A DNA stretch of 64,000 bases, from positions 64,001 to 128,000 of IMG/VR virus record IMGVR_UViG_3300007083_000004; one strand, 5' to 3'. Made by a program: the position numbers and the translations under genes. Positions 1-9,888 of this stretch are shown piece by piece. This stretch comes from a virus (lineage: Duplodnaviria; Caudoviricetes). The notes under the pieces are model-generated. The model did no database searches. It was given only the letters and a program-made list of their open reading frames with translations, and was not told where the DNA came from. Each line of letters starts with the position of its first letter. Positions within the stretch are counted from its first letter, which is position 1.

Positions 1-1036
1 CTAAAGATTTATTTAATAATTCATTAGATTTTAGTGAACCGCCGTTCTGTATGACTTCAGAAAACAATATACCCTTACAATTTTTCAGACTAATATTTTT
101 ACCGTATTTTTTTATAAACTCTACATCGCCGATATCTACTTCACCCCTTCCTTTTAGATTACTTGAACTACTTTCAATTAAAAAATTATTATTTTCTAAA
201 TATGTCAAAAAATTTGTAACAAACATCTCATTACGACTCAGTTCGTCTACTATATTACTATGATCATAATCGTCTGTTTTATATATTATTGTAAATTTCT
301 GAGTGGTTCTAAAGTCGTATAAATAATTATGTATATTAGAAATACGGATATACATAATAAATTCTACTAATACATGCATATCTAAATATTTCTCTTTATC
401 ATAATCTAAATATATTCTTATTGGAGAAATATATTTTATATTATAAGCATTAGGATTTTCTTCAGCGCCTCTAGTAGGAAATCCCGAAAATACAGCTTGG
501 GCTGTATAAAAACCAACGTGACCTTTCATTTGATAGTTACTATCTAAAACTACATTTGAATTTCCACCTCCCGTGTTTCCACCACCCGGATTAGACCCGC
601 CATTATTACCATTGCCGCTTCCAGAACCATTTCCACCACTACCATTACCATTTCCGGAGTCCGGATTATTTGGGTCTTTAGGATCTTTATCCCCATCTTT
701 ATCATCGGGGTCGGTGGGATTTGGATCTGGTTTACCAGATCCCTTAGGTGGAGTACTCTCTGGGTCTTTTGGTTGATTAGGATCTAATTCAAATATTCCT
801 TCAAAACGATCTGGATCAAAAATATGATAGTGACCATAATAATCTTTAACAATCCAATCATTTTTCTGAGCTATTAAATTACCACTTAATGTTTTTACTA
901 CAGCATGTACCTTGTCTTTATTACTACCTAATTCTTCAGTAATAATAGTATCAACCAACCAGTCTGGTTTAGTCACACCTACTTTAAGCTGTAAGGCCCT
1001 GACTAATTTATGAGAAGACTTAAATCTATAATACAT
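1..1036 (-). CDS. Partial protein (runs off window start): small N-terminal phage domain, Pro/Asp/Gly-rich linker, unknown C-terminal domain
   Basis: Hand translation from ATG at 1036 is open to position 1: MYYRFKSSHKLVRALQLKVGVTKPDWL...KTLSGNLIAQKNDWIVKD...PKDPESTPPKGSGKPDPNPTDPDDKDG...GNGNGSGGNGSG. Absent from the ORF track because it has no stop in the window. Confidence 0.8.
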   Translation of the reverse strand, partial: MYYRFKSSHKLVRALQLKVGVTKPDWLVDTIITEELGSNKDKVHAVVKTLSGNLIAQKNDWIVKDYYGHYHIFDPDRFEGIFELDPNQPKDPESTPPKGSGKPDPNPTDPDDKDGDKDPKDPNNPDSGNGNGSGGNGSGSGNGNNGGSNPGGGNTGGGNSNVVLDSNYQMKGHVGFYTAQAVFSGFPTRGAEENPNAYNIKYISPIRIYLDYDKEKYLDMHVLVEFIMYIRISNIHNYLYDFRTTQKFTIIYKTDDYDHSNIVDELSRNEMFVTNFLTYLENNNFLIESSSSNLKGRGEVDIGDVEFIKKYGKNISLKNCKGILFSEVIQNGGSLKSNELLNKSL

Positions 1037-1082
1037 TTTAATTTATCCTATACGTTAAACAAGTATCCGTTATTTCAAATCA

Positions 1083-1124
1083 TTAATACAAACACATGGG
1101 AATATTCCCATGTGTTTGTATTAA
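1083..1124. terminator. 42-bp perfect palindrome, probable intrinsic terminator
   Basis: TTAATACAAACACATGGGAAT/ATTCCCATGTGTTTGTATTAA, intergenic. Confidence 0.75.
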
Positions 1125-1154
1125 AATATGTTTGTTTAATTATAGTAATATGTT

Positions 1155-1769
1155 TTATGGATTATTTTTAATCCAGGTTTCTAATTGATTGATTTTTAAT
1201 AAAGCTTTTTCTAAATCATCTTCAGCTTTTAATCGTCTAACGTAGTCGGTACTAGTATCTGTTATGTTAGATAATCTTAGAGTCTCTAATGAATCATGAT
1301 CTAACCAAGATTTATTTTTAGGTTCAGATAAAGTAATGAATTGTACTGTAGGGGTTAAACCTATATTAGCTTGTATTACATTTTTTACTTTATCTATCAA
1401 GAATGTTGGGTTTAGCGTATTGGGTATGGGACCTAGGTTAGCTAATAATCCCATTACAACATAAGGAACTACATTGCTATCTGGCCAACCATTTATAAAT
1501 GGGGATGGTATAAACAACCATTTACCTGATGTAGATACCATCGATATAATTGAATAATCATTTTTAACATGATCATCAAATACTGTTTTATTTACTCCTA
1601 CGTTATCGTAGTATAAAGTAAATACATCTACGCCAGTAGTCAATAATTCACTTAACTTTCTTATAGCTTTACATTCATATTCTAAATCGGCTATAAGTAA
1701 TGAATTATACGGAGCTTTTAGATTCCAAGCACCTTTAGCTCCTATAGATGGTAAAATTTCATTAGCCAT
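1155..1769 (-). CDS. Conserved jumbo-phage protein, probably virion structural
   Basis: 204-aa ORF co-transcribed with the 437-aa gene; phiKZ-type synteny next to RNase H (recall). Confidence 0.6.
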   Translation of the reverse strand: MANEILPSIGAKGAWNLKAPYNSLLIADLEYECKAIRKLSELLTTGVDVFTLYYDNVGVNKTVFDDHVKNDYSIISMVSTSGKWLFIPSPFINGWPDSNVVPYVVMGLLANLGPIPNTLNPTFLIDKVKNVIQANIGLTPTVQFITLSEPKNKSWLDHDSLETLRLSNITDTSTDYVRRLKAEDDLEKALLKINQLETWIKNNP

Positions 1770-1784
1770 ATTTTTATTTCACTT

Positions 1785-3098
1785 CTATACAGTAACAGTA
1801 GATTTAACCAAAAACTGAATGTCGTTATAACTTTTGGATAAATAAACCTTGTTATTTCTAACTACTCTAGAATATCCATAAGGTACAGTAGAATAAGCAG
1901 TGATGTCCCTGGCTAACATTATTAATTGCGTGATAAAAATTACCCATTGTTGAGTAGTTAAAGCCATTTTATTAAAATCAGCAGACGCGGTGTTTACAAA
2001 GAAATAATCTTTATACCAATCGGTTATTTTCTTTTTACCTTCTCTATTTTCTTCGTGGCCTATAATGCCACAAACAATGGACATGTATGGTAAAGGAATA
2101 GTTTGTGCATTGGCATTTATATAATTATTATTATACTTAATACCACCGGCCCATGCATCTGCTTTAATTTCGTTTAGTATTTTGGTAATATCTGCAACAG
2201 GTGAATAGATTCTGTTATTTACATCTTGGATATTTTCTATTGCAATATTGGACCATTGTGGAAATAACATAAATTCAGTTCTCATAAAGAGTTCTGGTAA
2301 TATGTTTTTCCATTGATCATGATTATAAGAGGAATTATCGATTAAATAATCAACAATAGCTTCTTTTATCGAATCTATGTTATTTCCTGCTGCACCATAA
2401 ATTAGAACAGAAAATTTAGCAGGGGTTTTATCGTTTTGATCGGTAGGATTTACATAATCAAATTCTTTACCCCAAAGAAATGTTTCCGGACTATCATCTC
2501 TAGCCGAATCAATTTTAGACATTAAATCAAAGTGATTTAAACCATTTAATAATGCCTTAACATCATTGGGTATTCCGAAGAACAAATTGGGTGGTTCAAT
2601 TGGAGATACGACTGTAATTTCATAATCATCAAATTGACCAACGAACGAATCGTTTACAAACCAAACTTTATAAACATTATCCTGACTTATGGTTGTGTTT
2701 TTCCATTCTAACCATTCGATAATATATCTAGAGTCGTATTCAAAAATTCCACCGGTTTTAATATTAGTTATAGCATTGCCCATTTGCGCAGTCAGATAAC
2801 TAGTAAAATCACCGACGGATAAAACTCCCGTACCAGATAACATTCTTGTATATATATGATTGGATACTTCAATCAACTGATCGACTTGATTTTGAGGTAT
2901 TGCTTCATTATACCCCAATTGGTTATATTTATGTGGGAAATGAATGATATCAATATTTGGGTGTATTATATTTGTATAAGTTCTGGGTTCTTTACTAAAA
3001 GTAGTACCAAATGAAGATAATTCTCCTATAGGATGAACGAGATTAGGTACATTACTGATTAAGTTTTCATTTACGGCAAAGCATTTTAGCTGAATCAT
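1785..3098 (-). CDS. Virion structural protein (phiKZ gp157-like)
   Basis: 437 aa; GELSSFGTTFS and LIYGAAGNNIDSIK segments; position opposite RNase H as recalled for phiKZ-like phages. Confidence 0.6.
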   Translation of the reverse strand: MIQLKCFAVNENLISNVPNLVHPIGELSSFGTTFSKEPRTYTNIIHPNIDIIHFPHKYNQLGYNEAIPQNQVDQLIEVSNHIYTRMLSGTGVLSVGDFTSYLTAQMGNAITNIKTGGIFEYDSRYIIEWLEWKNTTISQDNVYKVWFVNDSFVGQFDDYEITVVSPIEPPNLFFGIPNDVKALLNGLNHFDLMSKIDSARDDSPETFLWGKEFDYVNPTDQNDKTPAKFSVLIYGAAGNNIDSIKEAIVDYLIDNSSYNHDQWKNILPELFMRTEFMLFPQWSNIAIENIQDVNNRIYSPVADITKILNEIKADAWAGGIKYNNNYINANAQTIPLPYMSIVCGIIGHEENREGKKKITDWYKDYFFVNTASADFNKMALTTQQWVIFITQLIMLARDITAYSTVPYGYSRVVRNNKVYLSKSYNDIQFLVKSTVTV

Positions 3099-3161
3099 AT
3101 TTTGGCCTTGTGAAGATTTTATCGATATACCATCATAAAATCCATAATCGGAATCTACTTA

Positions 3162-3554
3162 ATGGCTTACATATATTTTTTATTTAAGGCTATACTGCCA
3201 TTTTTAAAAGAAATACTATTGGAAAAAACTAAAGACGGCAATAAAAGAAATAATAAAAAATTTTATATATTAATCGGTATATTGATAATACTGAATGTTT
3301 TATTAATTGAATATATTTATAAAGAAAAAGATGTTTTAGAATTAAAATCTAATATAGATGATAAAATTATAAAAGATTTTTCGTCCAAACAAAACATAAC
3401 CTGTAATAAAGACTCTGCTTGCTATTTAAAAATAATTGAAGATAATAGAACTATTAATTATTACATTATTTATAATAAATACGAAATAAACATAGTGGAA
3501 ATTGATGAATTTATGTGCCGTTATAAAAATCTATATTTTACTAATATAGAGTGA
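3162..3554 (+). CDS. Hypothetical membrane-anchored protein
   Basis: 130 aa with hydrophobic stretch FYILIGILIILNVLLIEYIY. Confidence 0.55.
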   Translation: MAYIYFLFKAILPFLKEILLEKTKDGNKRNNKKFYILIGILIILNVLLIEYIYKEKDVLELKSNIDDKIIKDFSSKQNITCNKDSACYLKIIEDNRTINYYIIYNKYEINIVEIDEFMCRYKNLYFTNIE

Positions 3555-3572
3555 AATTTATATTATTAAATT

Positions 3573-5135
3573 ATGGGTAAAGAAATGGAAGCGGATAAAA
3601 TAAACTATTGTGTTTTATATACAGATGGGTCTTGCATTCCAAATCCTGGAATAGGTGGTTGGGGGTTTCATGGATATACATATAAAAATGAAACCCCCTC
3701 TAAACCCTTAAGTGGTTTGGATTACTATGTGACAGATAAGGGTTATGTAGAAAAAAGTATAATGGATTCTTATAAGAAGGGAGAAAATCCATACAAGGAT
3801 CTAGATGAAGATAATTTAAAAGAAGGCACTGTTTCTGTATTGGATGAAAATTTAGATGGCAATATTATTACTCCAATAAACTTCGTAGATCATTTTGGTC
3901 CAGCTCCAAAGAACCAACATGGCTTATCTACAAACAATGCTGGTGAATTAAAAGCTTTTGCTAGAGCTCTAAATTTTATCGTAAAAAACGATATAAATAA
4001 TGCCTTGATTTATGCCGATAGTGAATACGTAGTAGAAGGTTATAAAAAATATCTGGATTTGTGGTATAAAAATAATTGGAAAAATAGATCCGGTATTGAT
4101 GTAAAGAATAAAGATATATGGAAAGAAGTATATGAATTAAAAGAAGAGTGTAAAGGTAAAAAAATAAGATTAAAATGGCTACCGGGCCATTCCATATTTC
4201 TAGGTAATCAGTTGGCTGACCTAAATGCCAATCTGGGAAGAATTTTATCCAATGAAGGTGTGGATAGTATTATCGAATCTAGTATTGAAGCAAAAAGTTA
4301 TTTCAAGCAATTAGAAGACGATAAACATCCATTAATGTGTCATCAAAAACTATTCTTCAATACCAATAGTCCTAGAATTCCCGGTATTTATTTCATGGGA
4401 GCTATTGATACGGATATAGGTTTGTTAGGTAAAAAATTAAGCGATACTTCTTATTCATATATCAATTTAAATAAACCTGTTGAATCAATAGAGTCTTTAA
4501 TACAAAGACATAAAAAGGTAATGAAAGATTGTGAGAATACTGTAGTAGCTCATTTAAATACATTCTTTAAACCAGAATTATATAAAAGTTTTAGTTATTT
4601 CGGTAGTTTCGTTTTAGATAAGTTCAAACATAATGATAACCATCTTAGTTATGCCAATAAACACCTGATTACTGAAATAGTAGATCCTCCCAAGAAATCT
4701 TTAGATGCCGTTTTAGCAATGAACAATATTGCTAAGTGGGCTGAAGATTGGATAAGTGGTAGGGATGACAGGTTTACTGTAACCGAAATAACCGATTATT
4801 TGTTTGAACAAGTATCGGTTATGAAAAAGAAAAAAGAAGTAACTATAACAAAACTAAAAGATGAAATTAAACAAAATACAGCCGGTATAGATATATATGC
4901 CAATTATGTGGATGGTGAGAATAAAAAACACCAATCTAAAACCACATTAACATTTGGAATAGATATATTGGATAGAAATGGATTAAAGAAAATAGAATCT
5001 TTAAATCCTAAAATATATCTTTTAACCTGGTCTGAATCTGGTGGTTTATATCGATACTTCACGATAATAAAAACCGATACTGGATATGGAGCTTATTGTG
5101 GATATTATTCAAACATTAGATTAGATAAAAATTAG
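3573..5135 (+). CDS. rnhA: Ribonuclease HI with jumbo-phage C-terminal extension (phiKZ gp155-like)
   Basis: RNase HI motifs YTDGSC..NPG.GGWG, TNNAGELKA, YADSEYV, VKNKDIW, WLPGHS...GNQLAD. Confidence 0.93.
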   Translation: MGKEMEADKINYCVLYTDGSCIPNPGIGGWGFHGYTYKNETPSKPLSGLDYYVTDKGYVEKSIMDSYKKGENPYKDLDEDNLKEGTVSVLDENLDGNIITPINFVDHFGPAPKNQHGLSTNNAGELKAFARALNFIVKNDINNALIYADSEYVVEGYKKYLDLWYKNNWKNRSGIDVKNKDIWKEVYELKEECKGKKIRLKWLPGHSIFLGNQLADLNANLGRILSNEGVDSIIESSIEAKSYFKQLEDDKHPLMCHQKLFFNTNSPRIPGIYFMGAIDTDIGLLGKKLSDTSYSYINLNKPVESIESLIQRHKKVMKDCENTVVAHLNTFFKPELYKSFSYFGSFVLDKFKHNDNHLSYANKHLITEIVDPPKKSLDAVLAMNNIAKWAEDWISGRDDRFTVTEITDYLFEQVSVMKKKKEVTITKLKDEIKQNTAGIDIYANYVDGENKKHQSKTTLTFGIDILDRNGLKKIESLNPKIYLLTWSESGGLYRYFTIIKTDTGYGAYCGYYSNIRLDKN

Positions 5136-5182
5136 TATAAACATTTTTTTATTTATTAACGAAACGATTGATCGGAACAGCC

Positions 5183-5572
5183 ATGAAAACTAAACCAAGA
5201 CTGAAATCTTTTTTAGCTAGATTCCTGTATAGATTTTTATCTAAAAAAGCTAAGCGTTTGGTTTTTTTATCTAGTCTATATGGGTTTAAGACTAATAAAG
5301 AAATGCTATGTGAAGAAGAAAAAGAGATTTTAAATAACAAATTAAATCTATGTAATAATATCAAATCTTTAGATTTTCCAATGTTTTTAAATAAAAAGAT
5401 TTGGGGTAATATAAATAAAGACGAATTATTTGATTGTTTATCTGAAAATAAATTAGCCAGAAAAACAGTTGCCAACATGCCATGTTGGTTGATTTATGAC
5501 AATATTTTTAAAATTATTAAGGATGTAAAAGACTTATTTAAATGTCAAGACAACATGACAATAAGAAGTTAA
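5183..5572 (+). CDS. Hypothetical protein
   Basis: ORF 5168..5572; ATG at 5183 preferred over the TTG start. Confidence 0.55.
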   Translation: MKTKPRLKSFLARFLYRFLSKKAKRLVFLSSLYGFKTNKEMLCEEEKEILNNKLNLCNNIKSLDFPMFLNKKIWGNINKDELFDCLSENKLARKTVANMPCWLIYDNIFKIIKDVKDLFKCQDNMTIRS

Positions 5573-5592
5573 TTTGTTTACAAAAGTATTCT

Positions 5593-5629
5593 ATATACCT
5601 ACTATCCCCCAAAGGGATAGTAGGTATAT
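5593..5629. terminator. Bidirectional terminator hairpin (16-bp stem)
   Basis: ATATACCTACTATCCC-ccaaa-GGGATAGTAGGTATAT between convergent genes. Confidence 0.8.
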
Positions 5630-5635
5630 TTTTGT

Positions 5636-6517
5636 TTATTTCAGCTTATCGATTTTTTTATTTAAATCTGTAATATTTGTATTCATGCAAACAATAAATG
5701 TTTTGCTTCTAAAAGTTTGTAATCCAGCTAGTTCAACTTCTTTAGCTGTATGATAGATTCCTTTAGATAGTAATTGTGTTACTTTTTTATCTACCATCTC
5801 TAATTGATCGTCATCAATCATCTCGGTCAATTTATCCAGTAACTCATATAAAATATTTAATTTAGATACGATTCCATTTGCAGGAAAACTGTTTACCAAC
5901 TTTACCAATTCCTTGGTTTTATCTATAGTATCCAAGAAATCCCGATTTCTTTTAAACGCTTGTCCATATGGTAACTTGGCTTTGTAATTGTTTTTCTTAA
6001 AACACATAGACATGGTATTGATGCTTGCCTGATATTCTTTTTCCATATTAATAAAAGATTTGATGTCATGACCTGCCTGGTACCTAAATACTCTATCAGA
6101 TATTAATTTGGAAATATATGTAGAAAAGGGATCGATCAGGTTTTCAATTATCTTATTTGCTCTTTGTTGTAAAGGTAGGATATAATTGACATAATCCAAT
6201 AATGGTACATTTAAACCTTCGGGTACCTCTACAGCTATTTTTTGTAAATTAGTATATGGCACACTACCCATATTACTAAGAATATACTTGGGATTTTCTA
6301 AATTGACTTCTTTAAAAGAAAAAAGTTTGGTAATAGAACTTTTTATGGAGTCTTTAGCATTACTATAAAATTCACTTAAGTATTTCTTTAACGCAAAAGC
6401 TTGATTATCGGATTGAATGCTGGAAGATAATAAATCCAGATACAGCGCATTCATTCTGATAGAAGTGTCAGTACTTTCTTTATTATCAAAAATATTAGCC
6501 GAGAATAATTCGCTCAT
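5636..6517 (-). CDS. Conserved jumbo-phage protein (phiKZ gp153-like, putative virion protein)
   Basis: 293 aa, helical, VPEGL motif; divergent from uvsX as recalled for phiKZ. Confidence 0.55.
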   Translation of the reverse strand: MSELFSANIFDNKESTDTSIRMNALYLDLLSSSIQSDNQAFALKKYLSEFYSNAKDSIKSSITKLFSFKEVNLENPKYILSNMGSVPYTNLQKIAVEVPEGLNVPLLDYVNYILPLQQRANKIIENLIDPFSTYISKLISDRVFRYQAGHDIKSFINMEKEYQASINTMSMCFKKNNYKAKLPYGQAFKRNRDFLDTIDKTKELVKLVNSFPANGIVSKLNILYELLDKLTEMIDDDQLEMVDKKVTQLLSKGIYHTAKEVELAGLQTFRSKTFIVCMNTNITDLNKKIDKLK

Positions 6518-6633
6518 TATTTAAACCTATTGAAGTTATATTTTTTAATCAAAAATCTTATTATTTGATTAACGTTGAGAAGAAATTTTTTTGACGTCAA
6601 TGTAGGATTCAAAAGATAACTAAGGTAATAACC

Positions 6634-8040
6634 ATGATATTTAAGCAACCATATAAAAAAGCAGAACATCTGGCAGCCATGTACAATGTAGGAGCCGGGA
6701 TGGATATTCCTACCGGTAAATGGTATTATGGTATACATGATGAAGGTTTGTTAAATGGAGGTATATCTGTTTTAAATGGTTTTGTTGGTGGTGGTAATCT
6801 ATTTAAGACTACCGTGGCCTTATATAAAACACTGACGGCCATGTCTAGAACAAATGGAAGTTCAGGTAGTATGTACGAGACGGAGATGAATACTCAAGGA
6901 TCTCGTATATCTGATCTAGCCAAGAATATAAGAGAATTTAATGGCGAGGATGTAATAGAATCGGAAAGATTCGTTATAACCAATAGAACCCATTACACCG
7001 GCGATGAATATTACGATTTAACTAAAGATTGGTTAGAAGAAAAACACAAAGAAGCTGAAAAGAATAAAGAGTATAGAGCTACATTACCTTTTATAAAATT
7101 AAATACAAAAAATGAACTAATGAGTACCATTGTACCCACGTTTGGTATATTGGATTCATTTACAGATTTTGTTACCAAAGACGTAATGAAAATGCAAGAT
7201 GATAACAGCTTAGGTGAATCTGGTCAAAATACCATGTTTATGAGACAGGGTATTAATAAATTAAGATTATTGAGTGAATATCCTCCTTTACTACATAGAG
7301 CTGGCCATTATTACTCCATGACTGCTCAAGTAGGACCAATATTTAACATGGATCCTTATAATCCAGAAAAAAAGAAACTGGTTAATATGCAGGGAAATAT
7401 AAAAATGAAAGGAGTAACTGATAAATTTAGTTACATCATGAATTCTATCCTACAAATGTATTCATTGGAAAAATTATTGACGAAGGATAAAACACCCAGA
7501 TTTCCTCGCGATGAATTCGATAATATGCAAAATGATACCGATTTAAATGTTTTGCATATGGTAGAATTACGAGGTAAAGCGGGACCATCCGGAATTCCCA
7601 TGCAGTTGGTAGTATCACAAAAGCAAGGTGTATTGCCATCCATGACCGAATTCTATAATCTATTGACCAGTAAAGATAGATTTGGTTTATCGGGCAATGA
7701 ACAAAACTATACTCTGGTTTTATGTCCAGATATAAAATTATCTAGAACCAAGGTAAGGAGGGCTATTGATGATAATAAATCATTACAAAGAGCTCTTACT
7801 ATTACTATGGAATTGATGCAAATGCATCGTTTTATGCCTGAACTAAGAAACAATGATTTATTATGCACCACTGAAGAACTGTTTGAAGGAGTTAAAACAA
7901 ATGGTTTTGATTGGGATATCATTTTAAATGATACCAGAGGCTGGTGGACCACTAACAACGACGATCATCCTGTTAAATATCTATCTACTCTAGATCTAAT
8001 AAGAATGAGTAAAGGTAAATATAAACCATATTGGATGTGA
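6634..8040 (+). CDS. uvsX: UvsX/RecA-like recombinase (phiKZ gp152-like)
   Basis: N-terminal NVGAGMDIPTG, P-loop GGGNLFKT, YETEM, Walker B-like GILDSFT, LRGKAGPSG. Confidence 0.85.
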   Translation: MIFKQPYKKAEHLAAMYNVGAGMDIPTGKWYYGIHDEGLLNGGISVLNGFVGGGNLFKTTVALYKTLTAMSRTNGSSGSMYETEMNTQGSRISDLAKNIREFNGEDVIESERFVITNRTHYTGDEYYDLTKDWLEEKHKEAEKNKEYRATLPFIKLNTKNELMSTIVPTFGILDSFTDFVTKDVMKMQDDNSLGESGQNTMFMRQGINKLRLLSEYPPLLHRAGHYYSMTAQVGPIFNMDPYNPEKKKLVNMQGNIKMKGVTDKFSYIMNSILQMYSLEKLLTKDKTPRFPRDEFDNMQNDTDLNVLHMVELRGKAGPSGIPMQLVVSQKQGVLPSMTEFYNLLTSKDRFGLSGNEQNYTLVLCPDIKLSRTKVRRAIDDNKSLQRALTITMELMQMHRFMPELRNNDLLCTTEELFEGVKTNGFDWDIILNDTRGWWTTNNDDHPVKYLSTLDLIRMSKGKYKPYWM

Positions 8041-8066
8041 ATCTATATTTGAGGCTAATATGTTAT

Positions 8067-8537
8067 ATGAAAACAGCTAGAAATAAAGGCAGTGTCCGTA
8101 AGGATGAGATAAGAAAGTTTAGATATAAATGTCTCATATCAGGTTCAACTGCCACTCATGATGAAAAACAAATAGAAACTCATATAGTCAGATTTATAAA
8201 AGACTGGGGCTTAACTAAAGATAATACTATATTCTTGATTACACTAATAGATAAAAATAATGAAAACTTATTATCTAATTGGTGTGAGCGTAATGGTTAT
8301 CAGTGGCACGAACCCCAGATAGAATGGAGTAATTTAAAGACGGGTCGTGTGGTGGAGAAGACAAATAAAGACGGTGAAGTTTATAATTCAGCAGCTCCAT
8401 ATGAAAGAAATTCCAGGTTATCCAAGATATCTACCCATGGATTGATATTCTATAATGGGAAAGATAAAATAACTGAAGATTTAATTAAATGTTGTAATGA
8501 TAATCATGTCAGAATTAGAATGATAAGACATAATTAA
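8067..8537 (+). CDS. Putative SLOG/YspA-like protein
   Basis: CLISGS near the N-terminus and AAPYERNSRLSKISTHGLIFYNGKDKITEDLI, resembling the SLOG AG..RN..M....A.IAFWDG.S.GT pattern. Confidence 0.5.
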   Translation: MKTARNKGSVRKDEIRKFRYKCLISGSTATHDEKQIETHIVRFIKDWGLTKDNTIFLITLIDKNNENLLSNWCERNGYQWHEPQIEWSNLKTGRVVEKTNKDGEVYNSAAPYERNSRLSKISTHGLIFYNGKDKITEDLIKCCNDNHVRIRMIRHN

Positions 8538-8553
8538 CATTTAAGGATGATTT

Positions 8554-9237
8554 ATGGCCAAGAATAGAAAAGCTGCTGAAAAAGTAATATTGGATGTAAT
8601 AGATTCTATTTGCCCGGGTAATCCCAACGTTCAAATATATAAAGAAATGTTTAATCCCGACCATTCTAGATATTTGAGCAATAAGGGTTTTGATGACTGG
8701 ATGAATAGATTAAGAGAAGGTAAAGGCGCTCTAGTTTATATAGACCCTTTAGGTACTAAATATAAACTAGACGTAAATAGAAACTTAAATGAACTAGGTC
8801 CTAAATACAACATCAATTTCTTTCAACGAATATGGTATAAAGACGATAATGGCGATTGGTTTTTAACGCCTAATTCTTATTTAATTATACCACTACCGGT
8901 TAGAAGGCAAAGTCAATTATTAACCAAGAAAATTAGTATACCTGAAAATAACTATGTTATTGATGATTATACTGGTCAAGTAACTGGTGATTCAAAAGGT
9001 AGTTCTATTTCATATCAAGAACTCTCAATTCTAAAGTCTTTTGGGTTAAAAAAATCTATTGAAGAATTCATGCATTGGAGAGGCGGTGATGTTAAGGGAA
9101 ATAGAATATTAAATCAAATGGTACAAAGAACTGGTGGTGCATCAATGGATGCATTAAAACCATATGCAGGTGAAGTAAAATCTACTGAAACATTAAAAAG
9201 TATTTTACTGGGTATGCATTTAGATAATAACCTATAA
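8554..9237 (+). CDS. Virion RNA polymerase beta subunit, C-terminal part (phiKZ gp149-like)
   Basis: LPVRRQSQLLTKKISIP, DDYTGQVTGDSKGSSISYQE, WRGGD, GMHLDNNL. Confidence 0.85.
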   Translation: MAKNRKAAEKVILDVIDSICPGNPNVQIYKEMFNPDHSRYLSNKGFDDWMNRLREGKGALVYIDPLGTKYKLDVNRNLNELGPKYNINFFQRIWYKDDNGDWFLTPNSYLIIPLPVRRQSQLLTKKISIPENNYVIDDYTGQVTGDSKGSSISYQELSILKSFGLKKSIEEFMHWRGGDVKGNRILNQMVQRTGGASMDALKPYAGEVKSTETLKSILLGMHLDNNL

Positions 9238-9250
9238 CAGGATTAATAAA

Positions 9251-9415
9251 ATGGCCATTAGTACTGAAGAATGGTTTAAATTACCTTTTGAATATAGAAG
9301 AGATTTTTGGAGTGCAGTTAATGATAAATTAAATGACATTCCGAATGCTTTTGAAGAAGCTTTTGATTTATTTGTTAAATCAGAAGAATGTAACGAAAAA
9401 AGAGGGTTGGGATGA
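9251..9415 (+). CDS. Small hypothetical protein (54 aa)
   Basis: AGGA RBS; MAISTEEWFKLPFEYRRDFW...; TGA overlaps the next ATG (ATGA). Confidence 0.65.
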   Translation: MAISTEEWFKLPFEYRRDFWSAVNDKLNDIPNAFEEAFDLFVKSEECNEKRGLG

Positions 9416-9888
9416 TTAATAAAACCATTGCTAAAATAGCATCGGATAGTATAAACGATTCGGTAGAATACTACTTTACCGTGCTGGCAAACACCAGCAC
9501 AGTAAAGGAAGAATATGTCGGGATGATAAAATTTATAGACGAATTACAAGGTTGGTTGTTTTTTACTGAGCCTAACATAAAATACGTTTATGATAAATTA
9601 ACCGATTCCAGTGAAATCATAAATCTATTTAGTAATATCACTATTATCTTTTATTCCAGATTGGCTGAACATGTAGTCGATTTAAATGAATATGAAAATA
9701 AACTATGTGATGCATTAACCAACATTTTTGTAGTTAATAAAGAAAATTCAGAAACTAATTTATTACCAGATGTTTATACAAAAAGATTATTCGATAAAGA
9801 AACTATTCATGGATTATTAAGTGGTAATAGATTATTAGTTACTATGGTTTGTTTGTACTTGTTTGTTGATAATAGACCAAAACTATGA
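9412..9888 (+). CDS. Hypothetical protein
   Basis: 158-aa ORF translationally coupled on both sides. Confidence 0.7.
   Translation: MINKTIAKIASDSINDSVEYYFTVLANTSTVKEEYVGMIKFIDELQGWLFFTEPNIKYVYDKLTDSSEIINLFSNITIIFYSRLAEHVVDLNEYENKLCDALTNIFVVNKENSETNLLPDVYTKRLFDKETIHGLLSGNRLLVTMVCLYLFVDNRPKL

Noticed and set aside
51-776. + strand ORFs 51..263 and 573..776 (Pro-rich)
   Set aside because: Antisense shadows of the real - strand gene 1..1036.
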